Assembly: GCA_965644315.1 (NCBI GenBank) | Contig: CBFFRQ010000024.1 | Span: 7,144 to 71,143, forward strand | From: Caecitellus pseudoparvulus | Lineage: Eukaryota; Protista; Bigyra: Bicosoecida | Reading direction: 5' to 3' | DNA length: 64,000 bases | Part shown: one piece after another, positions 11,315 to 21,885 of the stretch | Layout: each line of letters starts with the position of its first letter | How positions within the stretch are numbered: the first letter of the stretch is position 1 | Notes under the pieces: generated by a model | Seen by the model: only the letters and a program-made list of their open reading frames with translations | Told to the model about the DNA's origin: nothing | Database searches by the model: none | Made by a program: the position numbers and the translations under genes

Positions 11315-13054
11315 ATGGCGCCTGGTCAGAGCCAGGGCCCGGTCCTCGTGCTGTGCGCGGCGACCCTTGCCTGCACTTTCCTCTGTAGCGTCCATTCCTT
11401 CAATGTCACATTGAGGGCGCCATCGCAGGGGGACTGGATTGCGGGTGACGAGGTCACCGCGGAATTTGAAGTGTGGCGTTTGCACGGCGAGCAAGTGAGC
11501 AACGCCCTCATCCGCTTGGATGGCAAGTACCAGCCCTTCTGCAACATTGATCTGACGGACATGGCTGAGTCTGTGGTGGTGCAGTGCACTCTCCGGCTGG
11601 AAGCACCTCAAGTGCACTGGCTCCGAGTCTTCGTCTTCTCAGGGCAAGGCACGAGCTTCAAACAGCACAGCATCGTCTTCACGCAGATTCCTGCAGGCCT
11701 GCGTCAACCCCAGCCCTGGTGGTCAGGGCGGCTCCCAACCAATCACGTTGGTGCTGGCGACTGGCTTGACGGCTTCCGCTCCAAACGAAGCGACAAGCTA
11801 AAGCCTCCTGCGATGCTACCGACAGGGGAAGATGTCGTAGCTGCTGCAAGCAACCAAGTGAGCAGAGCTCCGGAGGAGTGCCGAGTCCAGCACTCGAATG
11901 CGTCTGCCCCCCTCTTGTGCACCTCGGCCTTCCACACAAGATCCCGCTCCAAGCTTCTTGGGCCACAGTGGACCAGTGCATGGAGGCGTGTCAGCGTCGC
12001 ACAGTGGATTCAGCAAGGTGCAACGCCAACGTGTGCGGCAGCCTCCACTCTCGCTGCAACTTTCGCCACAGAGAGTTCAGCACAGCACGTGTACGACACG
12101 ATTCAATCGTTGAAGGCACAGGACGCAAGTCTCGGCGTTGTCGTGTTTGTGTACGGTGCTGCTGAGCCCTGGTGGGAGACGGAGCAGTGGATGACTGTCC
12201 CCTGCATCCGCTTCGTTGTGTTGCCGGGCCACATGCGACTGTGGTTCCTGAAGCACTTCCTGACGCCAGAGACCTTGCAAAGTTGGTCCTGGCTTCCCAC
12301 GAACGAGGCCCACCCCCCACTCCACGTGGTGTTCTTCGATGATGACGTGGACGTGTCCCGGCTCCAGCTGCCTGGCTTCATCGCAACCATGCACCGACTG
12401 GGCATCCACCTGGCACAGCCTGCCCACGATGCATCCTCAGAGACGTCACACGCGCTGCTCTTTGCTGGTGCCCACGGAACATCAAGCCCTGGCTCCTTCT
12501 CTACTTTTGTGGAGTGTGGGCCGGTTGTGGTTGCAGAGCTTGAAACCTTCAACTGCATGATGGAGGTTGTGAATGAGTTTGGCGTCTCAGGCTACGGCTT
12601 CGACTTCTTATGGCCCGCACTCTGTGCACCCCACACCACCGCACTTCTGCATAACTTCACCATTCGTCACTTGAACAGGCAAGGGCTCTCAGCCAAGCCA
12701 AATGCCATGGGCCAGATGGCTGCCGATGGCATCGCAGCCCTCGCAGGGGCGTCGTTGGCTGGCCTGCTGCCAGACTTAGAGTGGGTGGCGCCAATGATGG
12801 GAGCCATCCGAACATCAGCACGGAAAACTATCCAGCGCATCTTGCAGTACTGCCCTGAAACCCGACAAAACTCTGACGAGGACCAGTGCACAGCGAGCGT
12901 CGTTGCCGCGCACCAGGCCGGCACTGCTCTGTCAGCAAGCAAGGCCCCGGGTCGCTGGAATCAGCACCAGCGCCCCATCTTGTTCCCCAACAAGACTACC
13001 TCCTTTCCTTGGGGCGAACTTGTCATGGGGCCGTCAGTGGAGGCAGCTCGATGA
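11315..13054 (+). CDS. DUF707-like (GT-A-fold glycosyltransferase-like) secreted or signal-anchored protein
   Basis: Hydrophobic N-terminus. WFLKHFLTPE, VFFDDDVDV (DxD), LAQPAHD, FVECGPVV and GYGFDFLW match DUF707 motifs. Single uninterrupted ORF. Confidence 0.7.
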   Translation: MAPGQSQGPVLVLCAATLACTFLCSVHSFNVTLRAPSQGDWIAGDEVTAEFEVWRLHGEQVSNALIRLDGKYQPFCNIDLTDMAESVVVQCTLRLEAPQVHWLRVFVFSGQGTSFKQHSIVFTQIPAGLRQPQPWWSGRLPTNHVGAGDWLDGFRSKRSDKLKPPAMLPTGEDVVAAASNQVSRAPEECRVQHSNASAPLLCTSAFHTRSRSKLLGPQWTSAWRRVSVAQWIQQGATPTCAAASTLAATFATESSAQHVYDTIQSLKAQDASLGVVVFVYGAAEPWWETEQWMTVPCIRFVVLPGHMRLWFLKHFLTPETLQSWSWLPTNEAHPPLHVVFFDDDVDVSRLQLPGFIATMHRLGIHLAQPAHDASSETSHALLFAGAHGTSSPGSFSTFVECGPVVVAELETFNCMMEVVNEFGVSGYGFDFLWPALCAPHTTALLHNFTIRHLNRQGLSAKPNAMGQMAADGIAALAGASLAGLLPDLEWVAPMMGAIRTSARKTIQRILQYCPETRQNSDEDQCTASVVAAHQAGTALSASKAPGRWNQHQRPILFPNKTTSFPWGELVMGPSVEAAR

Positions 13055-13267
13055 ACTGCTGCGGCTCCTGTGCAGGCCTGCACCTTGACTTCTAGCGCTG
13101 ACAAATCCATTCATCAGTATACTTTGATACCACAAGGTGTGGAGACACATGTCAATGCATTGTGAGGGCTGCATAGGTCCCCTCCTGGCACTGGGGTGAG
13201 CCCCCACCCTCCTGCGTTTCTACATGAAACGCGACGCACAACGCCAGCTCGCACATACCTGACAAGC

Positions 13268-16200
13268 ATGCCTGGGAGCCGAGCAAAGCGCTGCTTAGTG
13301 TTCTTTGCATCCTTTTCATATGCGTTAGCCACCCAGCTGCGCATCACTGAAGTCATGGTGGCCTCCCGCATGCAGCACCGCGACTTGAACGTGAGCTGGG
13401 TGGAGGTCACAAACTTCGGGCACCAGCCGTGGAACCTGACAGGGGCCTCCCTTTCCACTGGGGACCACGTGAACAAGAACAACAGCGTGTACAGCGAAAT
13501 AATACTGCAGCCCTTCCGCTCCGCACTTTTACACAGCGGGCTTGACGACAAGAAGGTGGACCAGGCGGTGCGGGAGGCGTGGGGGCTGCCATCTGACACG
13601 CTGGTGGTCGGTGTGCGGCCCTTCCGCCCCGATGCCGAGCCGCTTCACCTTTCAAGGGAAGCTACAGGGATGGTGACTCTCTTTGATGCAGGCGGGGTGC
13701 TTGTCTCGCGGGTTTCGTGGAGCTCCACGGCGCGGCCCGGTGTCGCGATGCAATGGTCAGCGCAAGGGGAGGCATTCGGGGAGGCTGTGGCAGGGGAGCT
13801 CGGGGCCTGGGAAAGCAGCAGCAACTCTAGCTCCGAGCGCGATGTGGGCTCGCCAGCCCTGTACGCCATTGCTGCAGTCGATGCAGTGCCTGGTTCAGCT
13901 GGCTTGGACCCACAGAGCGGCATTCAGTTCGGCCGCAGTTTCGTGGTCTCGCGTCCCCCACGTCCGGATGCGACGCCTCTGTACACCTTGACTGACTTCT
14001 CGCGACAAACACCAAGACCCCTTTTGGACCCACAAATCCCAGGGACCACTTCTCATTCACTGTTCGAGTGGGGCTCATGGCTGATCTTTGCAGCCAACAC
14101 GTCGCAGCACGGAGACGAGGTGTGGGCGTGGCATGGTCACACGAATGCGTTCTTCCCATCTCCCCCTGAGATACAATTCGACATCGTCCCAGGGCCACAG
14201 TCTTCATCTCCTGCCTTCTTCACAGCGTTTGATGGTTCGGTTTTCTTCGCCGCATCCACGAAGGAGGGCCGACGGGAGCTTCACTTTCTGAGCCACTCCC
14301 CAGGCTCGGAAAGCCTGGCCCTGACCAACCTGGACGCAGCCGACAAGCAAGTGGAGGCTGGCGGCTCGCCCGCCCAGGATCCGTACGACCTTATGCATGT
14401 CCCACCCCTATCTTCACGGGCACCTCCGACCAATGTCGGCTGGCTGGTGTTCGGCGCCACGTCGGCCGCTAGCGGAACGGAGCCGTGGTTTCTTGCTGGG
14501 CCTTCGACGGTGCCCCGCATGCTGGCTGATGTGTGCCCTGGCCCATGCAGTTCTGCCCCAACAGGTTGGGTGCGATGGCGCTCTTCCCTCCTGTTCACGG
14601 CCGATGATGGCGTTCACGGCTCTGAGCTGTGGCGATACACCGGTGACATGGCTGGGCCAGCAGTGCTTGGGACAGACCTGCACATGGCAGCAGACATCGA
14701 GGCAGGGGCAGCTTCCAGCTCCCCCCGCTCAGGGGTTGTCTGGCGAGACACCTTCCTCTTCATAGCTGACACGGCAGCGCACGGTACTGAAGTTTGGGCG
14801 TGGAATGGCGAGGAAGCTCCGCAGATTCTGTTCGAAGTGCAGCGAGGACCCTCAGACTCAGCTGTGCAAGCCCTCACTGAGTACCATGGCGCTATTTTCT
14901 TCACAGCAGTTGGAGCAAACTCGGGGCGTGAGGTGTGGACTTGGGAGGGGCAGGGGCGCCCAAGAATGCTGTTCCACCACCCGCCCGCAGGCTCCAGCGG
15001 CCTCGGCAGCGTGCGAAGTGGGGCACACTTCTGGCGCATGCAAGGCGAGCTTTTATGGGCAGCAGATGATGGGCGGCACGGAATTGAGGTCTTCCGAACG
15101 TACAGGCACCCCGACACGACGGATGCGCTGTGTGTGCCACTCCAGGAACAGAGCACGCTGGGGGGTGTGTGGGACTTGCGAAGCACGCTGCAGCCAGTCA
15201 CGGAGCAGGCTTGCGCTTTCAAACTTACCGTGCCTGATTGCGACCATTGTCAGTTGGGGTATTCCATTGCTGTGGACGGCGCTGTCCGCTTTCCTTCCCA
15301 GCTGGTGGCGACATCTATCCTTCACAACGGCGGCAGGGGGGCAGCGTTCGTCTTCCACCGCCTCGCGCTGACGGAGTTCACCGGTCCCAAGGCACCCTTT
15401 CAGTGGACCCTGGCCGCAACGCTCACCGGACTGGACGATCAGCCAGGAGATGCCTGTGGCACTTCTACCGCCTTGTCGGGGCCCTGGCTTGCGGTCGGGT
15501 GCCCCGCTGCGAATGCTTCGGCAGGCCGGGTACACATGTTTCGGTGGGGGCACGGAGCATGGAGACTGCACTCCACACTTCCGTCACCATCGACAATGGG
15601 CATGCAACCTGAGTTTGGGGCCGCCCTCAGCATGCACGCCCATGGGAGCGGAGCCCCAACTCTGGTCGTTGGTGCGCCGGGAGCGGATGTGGCGGGTGTG
15701 TCGGGCGCAGGAGCCGCGTCAGTGTGGGAGCTCCGCTATGGTCTTTGGGAGCATGTCCAGGTGCTGATGAGTGACACTGCTCAGTCCAGTGGCGAGTTTG
15801 GGGCTGCAGTCGGCTTGCACGGAGGGAATCTGGTCATCGGGGCACCAGGGATGGACAGCGGCTCTGGTGCAGCATTCATGTTCATCCGACTGCCGGAGCG
15901 AGCCGATCCATGGGCAGCACCAGTGAAATCTCGCATCCTCCCCCTTGATGATTCACGATATGGCCACTTTGGTGCCAAGGTTGCCATAGACTTGAACCAC
16001 TTTGCCGTGGCAGCTCCCTCTGCCGCGTCTGGCGCGGGGGCTGTTTGGGTGTACGCCTTTGACGCAGATCTGACGCACGTCGTGCTGCACGAGCGCATCA
16101 CAGCTTTGGATGGGAAGCAGGGAGATGCATTTGGGGCAAGCGGGGTGGCTGTCGTGTCCCACCCTCCACAGGTTGTGGTGGCAGGGCCAGCTGGCGCCAG

Positions 16201-17278
16201 CGCTGGCATTGCCGGGGCCGGCGTGTACACTTTCGCAGAAGTGAACAGAAAGCGTCATTGGTGGGCACAGCAGGCCAAGCTCAGGCCCTGGGATGCAGAG
16301 ACAAGTGACTTTCCGCACATGGCCGTCGCTGCCTCGCACAGCCTTGGTGCCTTCTCCTCGCCCGGGGATGACTCGGCTGGCCCGGACGCTGGCGCCGTGC
16401 ACGTGGTGTACCCGGCCTTCACTGCAGAAGACGTTGGACTGCAGGCAGAGCCTGGGACAGCGTACACGTTCCCTTGCAGTAATGCTGAGTACCAGGCAAC
16501 CCCAGCCTTCATCGGCACGTCTCCAACTTGCCGGGCCTGTTCGTCAGGACCATGCCCAACTGGCTTCTTTGAATCAGCACAGTGCACAGAGTCTGCTGAC
16601 CGTGTCTGCACGGAGTGTAGCCCTGGGTGCCCTGTGGGTGTGCATACCACCTCAGCTTGTGGTCCAAACAGCGACATTGTCTGCGGTGGTGCACATTCCC
16701 AGCCCCTCCCACTGGACCCACTTGCTCCCCCTGATCGGGCCAAGCAAGCCCTTGCAGCGGGTGACCTCTCAGTTCCTGACATCCAAAAGCAGGCCCTCAA
16801 GTCGCTCTTTTCATCGACCCATGGTGCAAACTGGGCTGCCCATGCACGATGGCCAGTCGAGGCCACCGGCGACCCTTGCAGCGGTGCGTGGCACGGCGTG
16901 GCATGCGATGGGCTTCACAACATCGTTGGCTTAGCCCTCCCACGAGTGGGCCTCAGCGGGAAACTGCCGTCTGATCTGGCCAGCGCACTGCCCCACCTGG
17001 TGGAGCTTGACATATCCTTCAATTTCCTGACTGGCCACCTGCCAGACCTGTCTTCTCTTCACAACCTCCGGGTGCTGCACCTGGACCACAACTACTTCCT
17101 TGGCCCAGCTCCAGCTTGGCTGGCAACACTCCCGCAGTTGATCAGCCTGCAGCTTTCAACACCAGATGAGAGCAGGGGGCTGCACGAAGCCCCAATCGCA
17201 GGCTCTCCTTCGTGGCCGCTGGATCCCTTGCGAGACCGAGGCGTGCACGTGGTGGTGAACCAGCAACGCCCGGCATAG
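13268..17278 (+). CDS. Secreted mosaic protein: lamin-tail-like domain, ELWxxDGT-type repeats, FG-GAP repeats, TNFR-like Cys-rich repeats and LRRs
   Basis: Signal peptide, then LRITEVM...WVEVTN (LTD-like). Seven repeats of the type HG.E[LV]W (HGDEVW, SGTEPW, HGSELW, HGTEVW, SGREVW, HGIEVF, GRRELH). FGAAL...LVVGAPG and FGAAV...LVIGAPG are FG-GAP units. CPTGFFESAQCTESADRVC is TNFR-like. WHGVAC plus LDISFNFLTGHLP are LRRNT/LRR. Intronless. Confidence 0.85.
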   Translation: MPGSRAKRCLVFFASFSYALATQLRITEVMVASRMQHRDLNVSWVEVTNFGHQPWNLTGASLSTGDHVNKNNSVYSEIILQPFRSALLHSGLDDKKVDQAVREAWGLPSDTLVVGVRPFRPDAEPLHLSREATGMVTLFDAGGVLVSRVSWSSTARPGVAMQWSAQGEAFGEAVAGELGAWESSSNSSSERDVGSPALYAIAAVDAVPGSAGLDPQSGIQFGRSFVVSRPPRPDATPLYTLTDFSRQTPRPLLDPQIPGTTSHSLFEWGSWLIFAANTSQHGDEVWAWHGHTNAFFPSPPEIQFDIVPGPQSSSPAFFTAFDGSVFFAASTKEGRRELHFLSHSPGSESLALTNLDAADKQVEAGGSPAQDPYDLMHVPPLSSRAPPTNVGWLVFGATSAASGTEPWFLAGPSTVPRMLADVCPGPCSSAPTGWVRWRSSLLFTADDGVHGSELWRYTGDMAGPAVLGTDLHMAADIEAGAASSSPRSGVVWRDTFLFIADTAAHGTEVWAWNGEEAPQILFEVQRGPSDSAVQALTEYHGAIFFTAVGANSGREVWTWEGQGRPRMLFHHPPAGSSGLGSVRSGAHFWRMQGELLWAADDGRHGIEVFRTYRHPDTTDALCVPLQEQSTLGGVWDLRSTLQPVTEQACAFKLTVPDCDHCQLGYSIAVDGAVRFPSQLVATSILHNGGRGAAFVFHRLALTEFTGPKAPFQWTLAATLTGLDDQPGDACGTSTALSGPWLAVGCPAANASAGRVHMFRWGHGAWRLHSTLPSPSTMGMQPEFGAALSMHAHGSGAPTLVVGAPGADVAGVSGAGAASVWELRYGLWEHVQVLMSDTAQSSGEFGAAVGLHGGNLVIGAPGMDSGSGAAFMFIRLPERADPWAAPVKSRILPLDDSRYGHFGAKVAIDLNHFAVAAPSAASGAGAVWVYAFDADLTHVVLHERITALDGKQGDAFGASGVAVVSHPPQVVVAGPAGASAGIAGAGVYTFAEVNRKRHWWAQQAKLRPWDAETSDFPHMAVAASHSLGAFSSPGDDSAGPDAGAVHVVYPAFTAEDVGLQAEPGTAYTFPCSNAEYQATPAFIGTSPTCRACSSGPCPTGFFESAQCTESADRVCTECSPGCPVGVHTTSACGPNSDIVCGGAHSQPLPLDPLAPPDRAKQALAAGDLSVPDIQKQALKSLFSSTHGANWAAHARWPVEATGDPCSGAWHGVACDGLHNIVGLALPRVGLSGKLPSDLASALPHLVELDISFNFLTGHLPDLSSLHNLRVLHLDHNYFLGPAPAWLATLPQLISLQLSTPDESRGLHEAPIAGSPSWPLDPLRDRGVHVVVNQQRPA

Positions 17279-17401
17279 TTGCTCGTTCCTGGTCCCTCCA
17301 TTGGCCACCCCCCCCTCCCCCCAGGTCGCCCCTACGCAGGAAACAGCAGCTGACAGGCTCGGCGACTGCACAGTGCATTTCATGGAAGCCTGAGCGCCTG
17401 C

Positions 17402-20400
17402 TCAAGCAGACAGGTCGGAGCGAATCTGCTTCAGCAAGCTGGCAAGCGGCTCCTGAGCCTCGCAGCTGGCGACGAGGCCTGCAAACTCCCGGGTGGACCG
17501 TGCGTCTGGCACGTGCTTGTCAATGCTGTGGATGGCACGCAGAGCCGACCGCATGACGTCCGTTGCGCCCCCAGAGGAGCCCTTGGCAGCCTTGGCGGCA
17601 GCCTGGAACGTGGCCTGGAACTGCTCGCAGATGCTCTTCAGGAAGCCCAGCACCAAGGCTCGCGTCGCGTCATACTGCGTCAAGCGCACCAAGACCTGGT
17701 GTGCGAGCAACTTGACATCGTCAACATCCATCAGCCCCGCCACGACGCGCTCCATGGCCACTTCAGACACTCGCTCGCGCAGGTGCTGCACGACGGAGTC
17801 CAGGGTCACGAATGCAGCCTTGCGCAGCGCCTCGCCATCGTCCACGTCCACCTTGAAAGGACCCACATCCACCTTGCGCTGCAGCTCCTCGTGAGGCTGC
17901 ATCTCGTAGCACAGCACTGGCATAATGCCCACCTCCTCAATGGAGCCTTCAGGCTTCTCGCTCACCTTGCCAGCGGCGCTTGTGCCCAGGGCTGTGGGCA
18001 GGAACAGCCCGCGAACCAGCTCAGGGGCGCTGTGCACGAGGGCGTGCAGTGCCTGCACAGCCCCCAGGCGAACATTGAGGTCGGCGTCTTGCAGGAGGCC
18101 CATGAAGGTGCCCATGACCCCAGCGGAGTCCAGCGCTTCCGTGGCTGTGGACGAGTGCAGGCAGCCCTTGATGGCAGTGACGCTGGTCCAGCGCTTGTTG
18201 GGGGAGTCGCTGGCGGCCATGGCTTCCAGCTCGTGCAGACACTGCGAGGGGGAGATGCCCACCAGCAGCCCCAGGCACTCCGCCACGACAGTGCGCTCGC
18301 CCTCGTCGTCTGCCCCTGCGCGCGTGTTCAGCACCGGCAGCACGCTGGCAACGTGGGGGGTGAAGTCGGGCCCGTGAGGCACGACGGGCGCGTGGCGCTT
18401 GAGCACGCCTTGCAGCGCGGACAGCAGCAGGTAGTGCCCGCCCTCGGCTGCCGTGGACAGGGACTGTAGCAGCGAGACGAGGCCGACAGAGGGGAGCCAA
18501 CAGCGACACCGCCCATGGCAGCCGCAGCGGCCATGCGGACGATGTCCGACTCGCACGTGAAGGCGCTGACGATGGTGTCCAGGGCAGCCGGTGTCGCGCC
18601 CAGCACGTCCACTGCTGCACCGACATCTGCCAGGATGTGCAGCGCGACGCTGCGCTGGGCGTCAGGCATGGCGTCGTCCTTGACGGCAGCAAGGCCGCCA
18701 GTGATGGCGCCCTGCACGCTGCCCTCGCCACCAGCCCGCAAGACCACTGCGCTGACACTGGCGATGTTCAACACGGTCTGCTTCTGCACCGCGACGGGGG
18801 CAGCTGCCGTGCCTGAGCCACTGGCGGCAGCGCCTGCCGCACCATCCTCCACAGACGCAGACAGCGCCTGAGCGAGCGCCTCGGGGTCTGCGCCGCCCTT
18901 GGTCACGAGGGCGTGGAAGAAGGCCTTGCAGTCGTCCAGGGCAGCGCCCTTCAGAGCAGGCGAGGCCACGAGCTTGATGCTGGGCGCCAGCGCCTTGCCG
19001 TGCATGCCTGCGGCAGAGCTGGGGACGTGCTCCAGCACAGCGCAGGCCAGGCGCACGGCGTTCTGTGCCAGGTTCAAGTCGCTGCCCGCGAGGATGGCGG
19101 CAGTGGCGTCCACCAGTGCGTCTGCGGTGGGCGCCAGGTGGCTGCCGTGGGAGGCGGTGATGGCGGTGAGGGTGCCCAGGGAAGCGTGCACCAGCTGCCA
19201 GGAGGCCTGCCGCGTCAGCGCAATGCACTGCTCCACGATGGCCTCCAGGACCGTGCCGCCCTCCTCCACTGCAACAGAGGACAAGTCCAGCCCCAGAGGC
19301 GACTCTGCCACGTGCGTCAGCGCCTTCAGTGCGGCGATGCGGGTTGTCTCCGCTGCCAGGCGGCGCAGGAAGAGGGGGTAGGTCTGGGCCACCTTGGGCC
19401 CCAGCACGTCGCCCAGGTGAGCCACCAGCAGGCCCATGGAGGTGATGGCCATCTCTTTGATTTCCTGGTCCAAGTCAGCCGCCGCCAGCTTGGGCAGGAT
19501 GGCGCCAAAGAGCGTGTCCACCAGGCCGGCGTCCTTGCTGCCTGTGGAGTGCATGAGCAGAGCCATGCGGCCGCTGATGCGCAGGCCCTCCGCGACGCTC
19601 TTGAACCAAGAGTCAGACAGCGCCTTGACGGCGATGTCGCACAGCGTGGGCATGTGCTCGGGGAAGGCGGTGGCGGGGATGCAGTCGGGCATCTGCCGCA
19701 CCATGAGCAGGGCTGCCTGCCGCACGCTGGTGTTGCCATCGGCCAGTGCGGGGGGCACGGCACCCAGCAGGCTGCCCACCTCCAGCTCCAGGTGGTGCCC
19801 TGATGCCAGCACGAGTCCGCCCAGGACGTTGAAGCAGGCTGCCCGCGTCTTGACGTCGCGTGCCTCCGTCTTGCCCAGCAGCTTGATCGCTTCGGCGACG
19901 ATGCTGGACACCATGGCGTTCAGGGTGGGCCCCGCACTGCGCTGGCGCACCAGGGGAGCTGGCTGCAGTGGCGCAGGGGGCGCGACAGGCACTGCGCCTG
20001 CCTCTGAGCTGCCAGCTGGGGCGCTGGCTCCGCTCACGCGGTCTGCAGCGCTGCCCTCCACCACCACTGTGGCTTTGAGCAGGGCCACGAAGCACTCGAG
20101 CACGTCCACGCGCACCGTCTGCTCGCGCTCACGGAACTGCACCAGCAGGGGGCTGGCGATCTTGGCGTACGCCTCGTGCAGGCGCTCGGGGCGGGTGGAG
20201 ATGATGCCGGTCAGGACAGCCACGGCGCCACGTCGCACCTTCCAGCTGGTGTCGTCGTCCACCTCCACTTCGTCGTACTCGCCATACTCATCGTCCATGT
20301 CCAGCCCCTCGTCGTCATCACTGCCGTACTCGTCGTCGCTCTCCATGGCATCGTAGTCGAAGTTCGGGTCGAAGTCCAGGAACTGCACCGCCACGTCAGT

Positions 20401-21527
20401 GATGGTGTCCAGGTGCCCCGTCACCTCCGCGGGGCAGCGCAGCACGAACGCCTCCAGCGCCTGGAAGCAGGCCTCGCGCAGGTCGTTGCCGCTGTCTGTC
20501 ATGGCTGCCTCGTCCTCCGCGTCCCCAATGCAGCCCAGGAACAGAGGCACGATCTCCCCCAGATGCTGCCCCAGCCGGTACCCAACTGTGCGGGCGACGG
20601 CTGAGATGGTGCGAATGGCAGCCTGGCGCCCCTCGGCCGAGGAAGCCTTCTGCAGCAGGTCCAGGACGCGTGTGATTACCGTGCCCAGCTGCTCGTCATT
20701 GATGTGCTGGGACAGAGCCCCCATGGCGCTGGTGGCCCGCTTGCACACGTCACTCTCGCCGCCTTGCAGCGCTGCCAGCAGGACATCGATGGCGCGGTCG
20801 TGCTGGGAGGGGTCTTTGTCCCCGAACCGCTTCAGCAGCTCCCGGGTGACCTGCAGGCAGTCCCGCTGCATGTCGGGCGCGCCTTCCGTGATGCCGCCCA
20901 GCATGCCAGGCAGCACCACCTTCACCAGCACTGCACCGTGCGCCGGCGCCACCTGGGTGATGGCGTGCGTCATGCCGACGCAGTACACGTCACGCATCTC
21001 CGCGCGCTCGCCGCTGCAGATGTGCTTCGTCAGGTTCGTGGCGACATCCTGCACCAGCTTCTCCCCTGCGCGCCGCATCATGGCCTGCAGACTGCGAAGG
21101 GCCAAGCAACGACGCAGGGTGCGGAGGCTGTGCGCAGGGCACAGGCCACAAGCACGAGCGCACACACCACTTGACTGCTCCAGCCTGCACGTCTTGGCTG
21201 GGGTCGCTCTGCAAGCGGTCCAACACCAAGCTGCTGATCCTGTACGGAGCGACGGGTGAGGGGAAGGGTGCGGAGGCTCCTGCGCAGAGCAGCCACCACG
21301 CCAGGGGAAGGAAGCTCACTTCTGCTGCATGCCAGGGTCCAGGGACCTGTCCTTCTCCAGCTCGTCACACAGATCGTCCATAGCAACGGTTCGGACATCC
21401 TTGTCGTGGTTCACGGCCTGTGCAGCGCCAGGGCAGACAGCGTTCAGCACGTCTGTGTGCCCGCCACCACGCCTTGCCGCCGTACCTGCTCCAGCACAGT
21501 GCGCAAGTCCACGGCTCCTGCTGCCAT
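17402..21527 (-). CDS. CAND1: Cullin-associated NEDD8-dissociated protein 1 (HEAT repeats, TIP120)
   Basis: LREACFQALEAFVLRCP.EV, FDPNFDY, DDDTSWKVRR, QFREREQTVR, DLDQEIKE, RTVVAECLG, RKVDVGPFKVDVDDGEALRKAAF. Several 5' introns. One apparent homopolymer frameshift near 18495. Confidence 0.96.
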
Positions 21528-21885
21528 GTTGCTGGGGTTCTGGTAGTGTTTAAAAGGGGGTATGTGCGCCCTGCACTTGCGGGCCTCCAGGCGCAGAGTG
21601 TGCACGCTGTCCTGGCTTTGCAGATGCTGACACGGGCCTGGCCAGGTGCAAAAGGTAGCTGTGAACCGGCAGCTCAGAGGACCTGGGCGCATGACTGGGG
21701 ATGAAGAAATGTGGTCCGCTGGCACACCGAGTGTCGTTGCTGTCAGCTCGCATGCGTGGGGCCAAGACGCCCCCCCCCTCCGTCACTCACCGTCGTGTTG
21801 GAGCGTGCTGTCGAAAGCGAAGGTCAGGATGCTTGCTGCCGACTTGGCACAGCTGCCACATTTCCAACACTTTGCAGGAATACCC

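Noticed and set aside
18480-18510. Frameshift inside CAND1 as programmed frameshifting
   Set aside because: Restoring one base in a homopolymer run joins the frames, which is a typical long-read deletion.
17493-21259. Long plus-strand ORFs antisense to CAND1 (likewise 30387-31619, 34601-35977, 51516-53228, 59196-60392)
   Set aside because: These are shadow ORFs expected from high GC and codon bias on the opposite strand, with no domain-like content.
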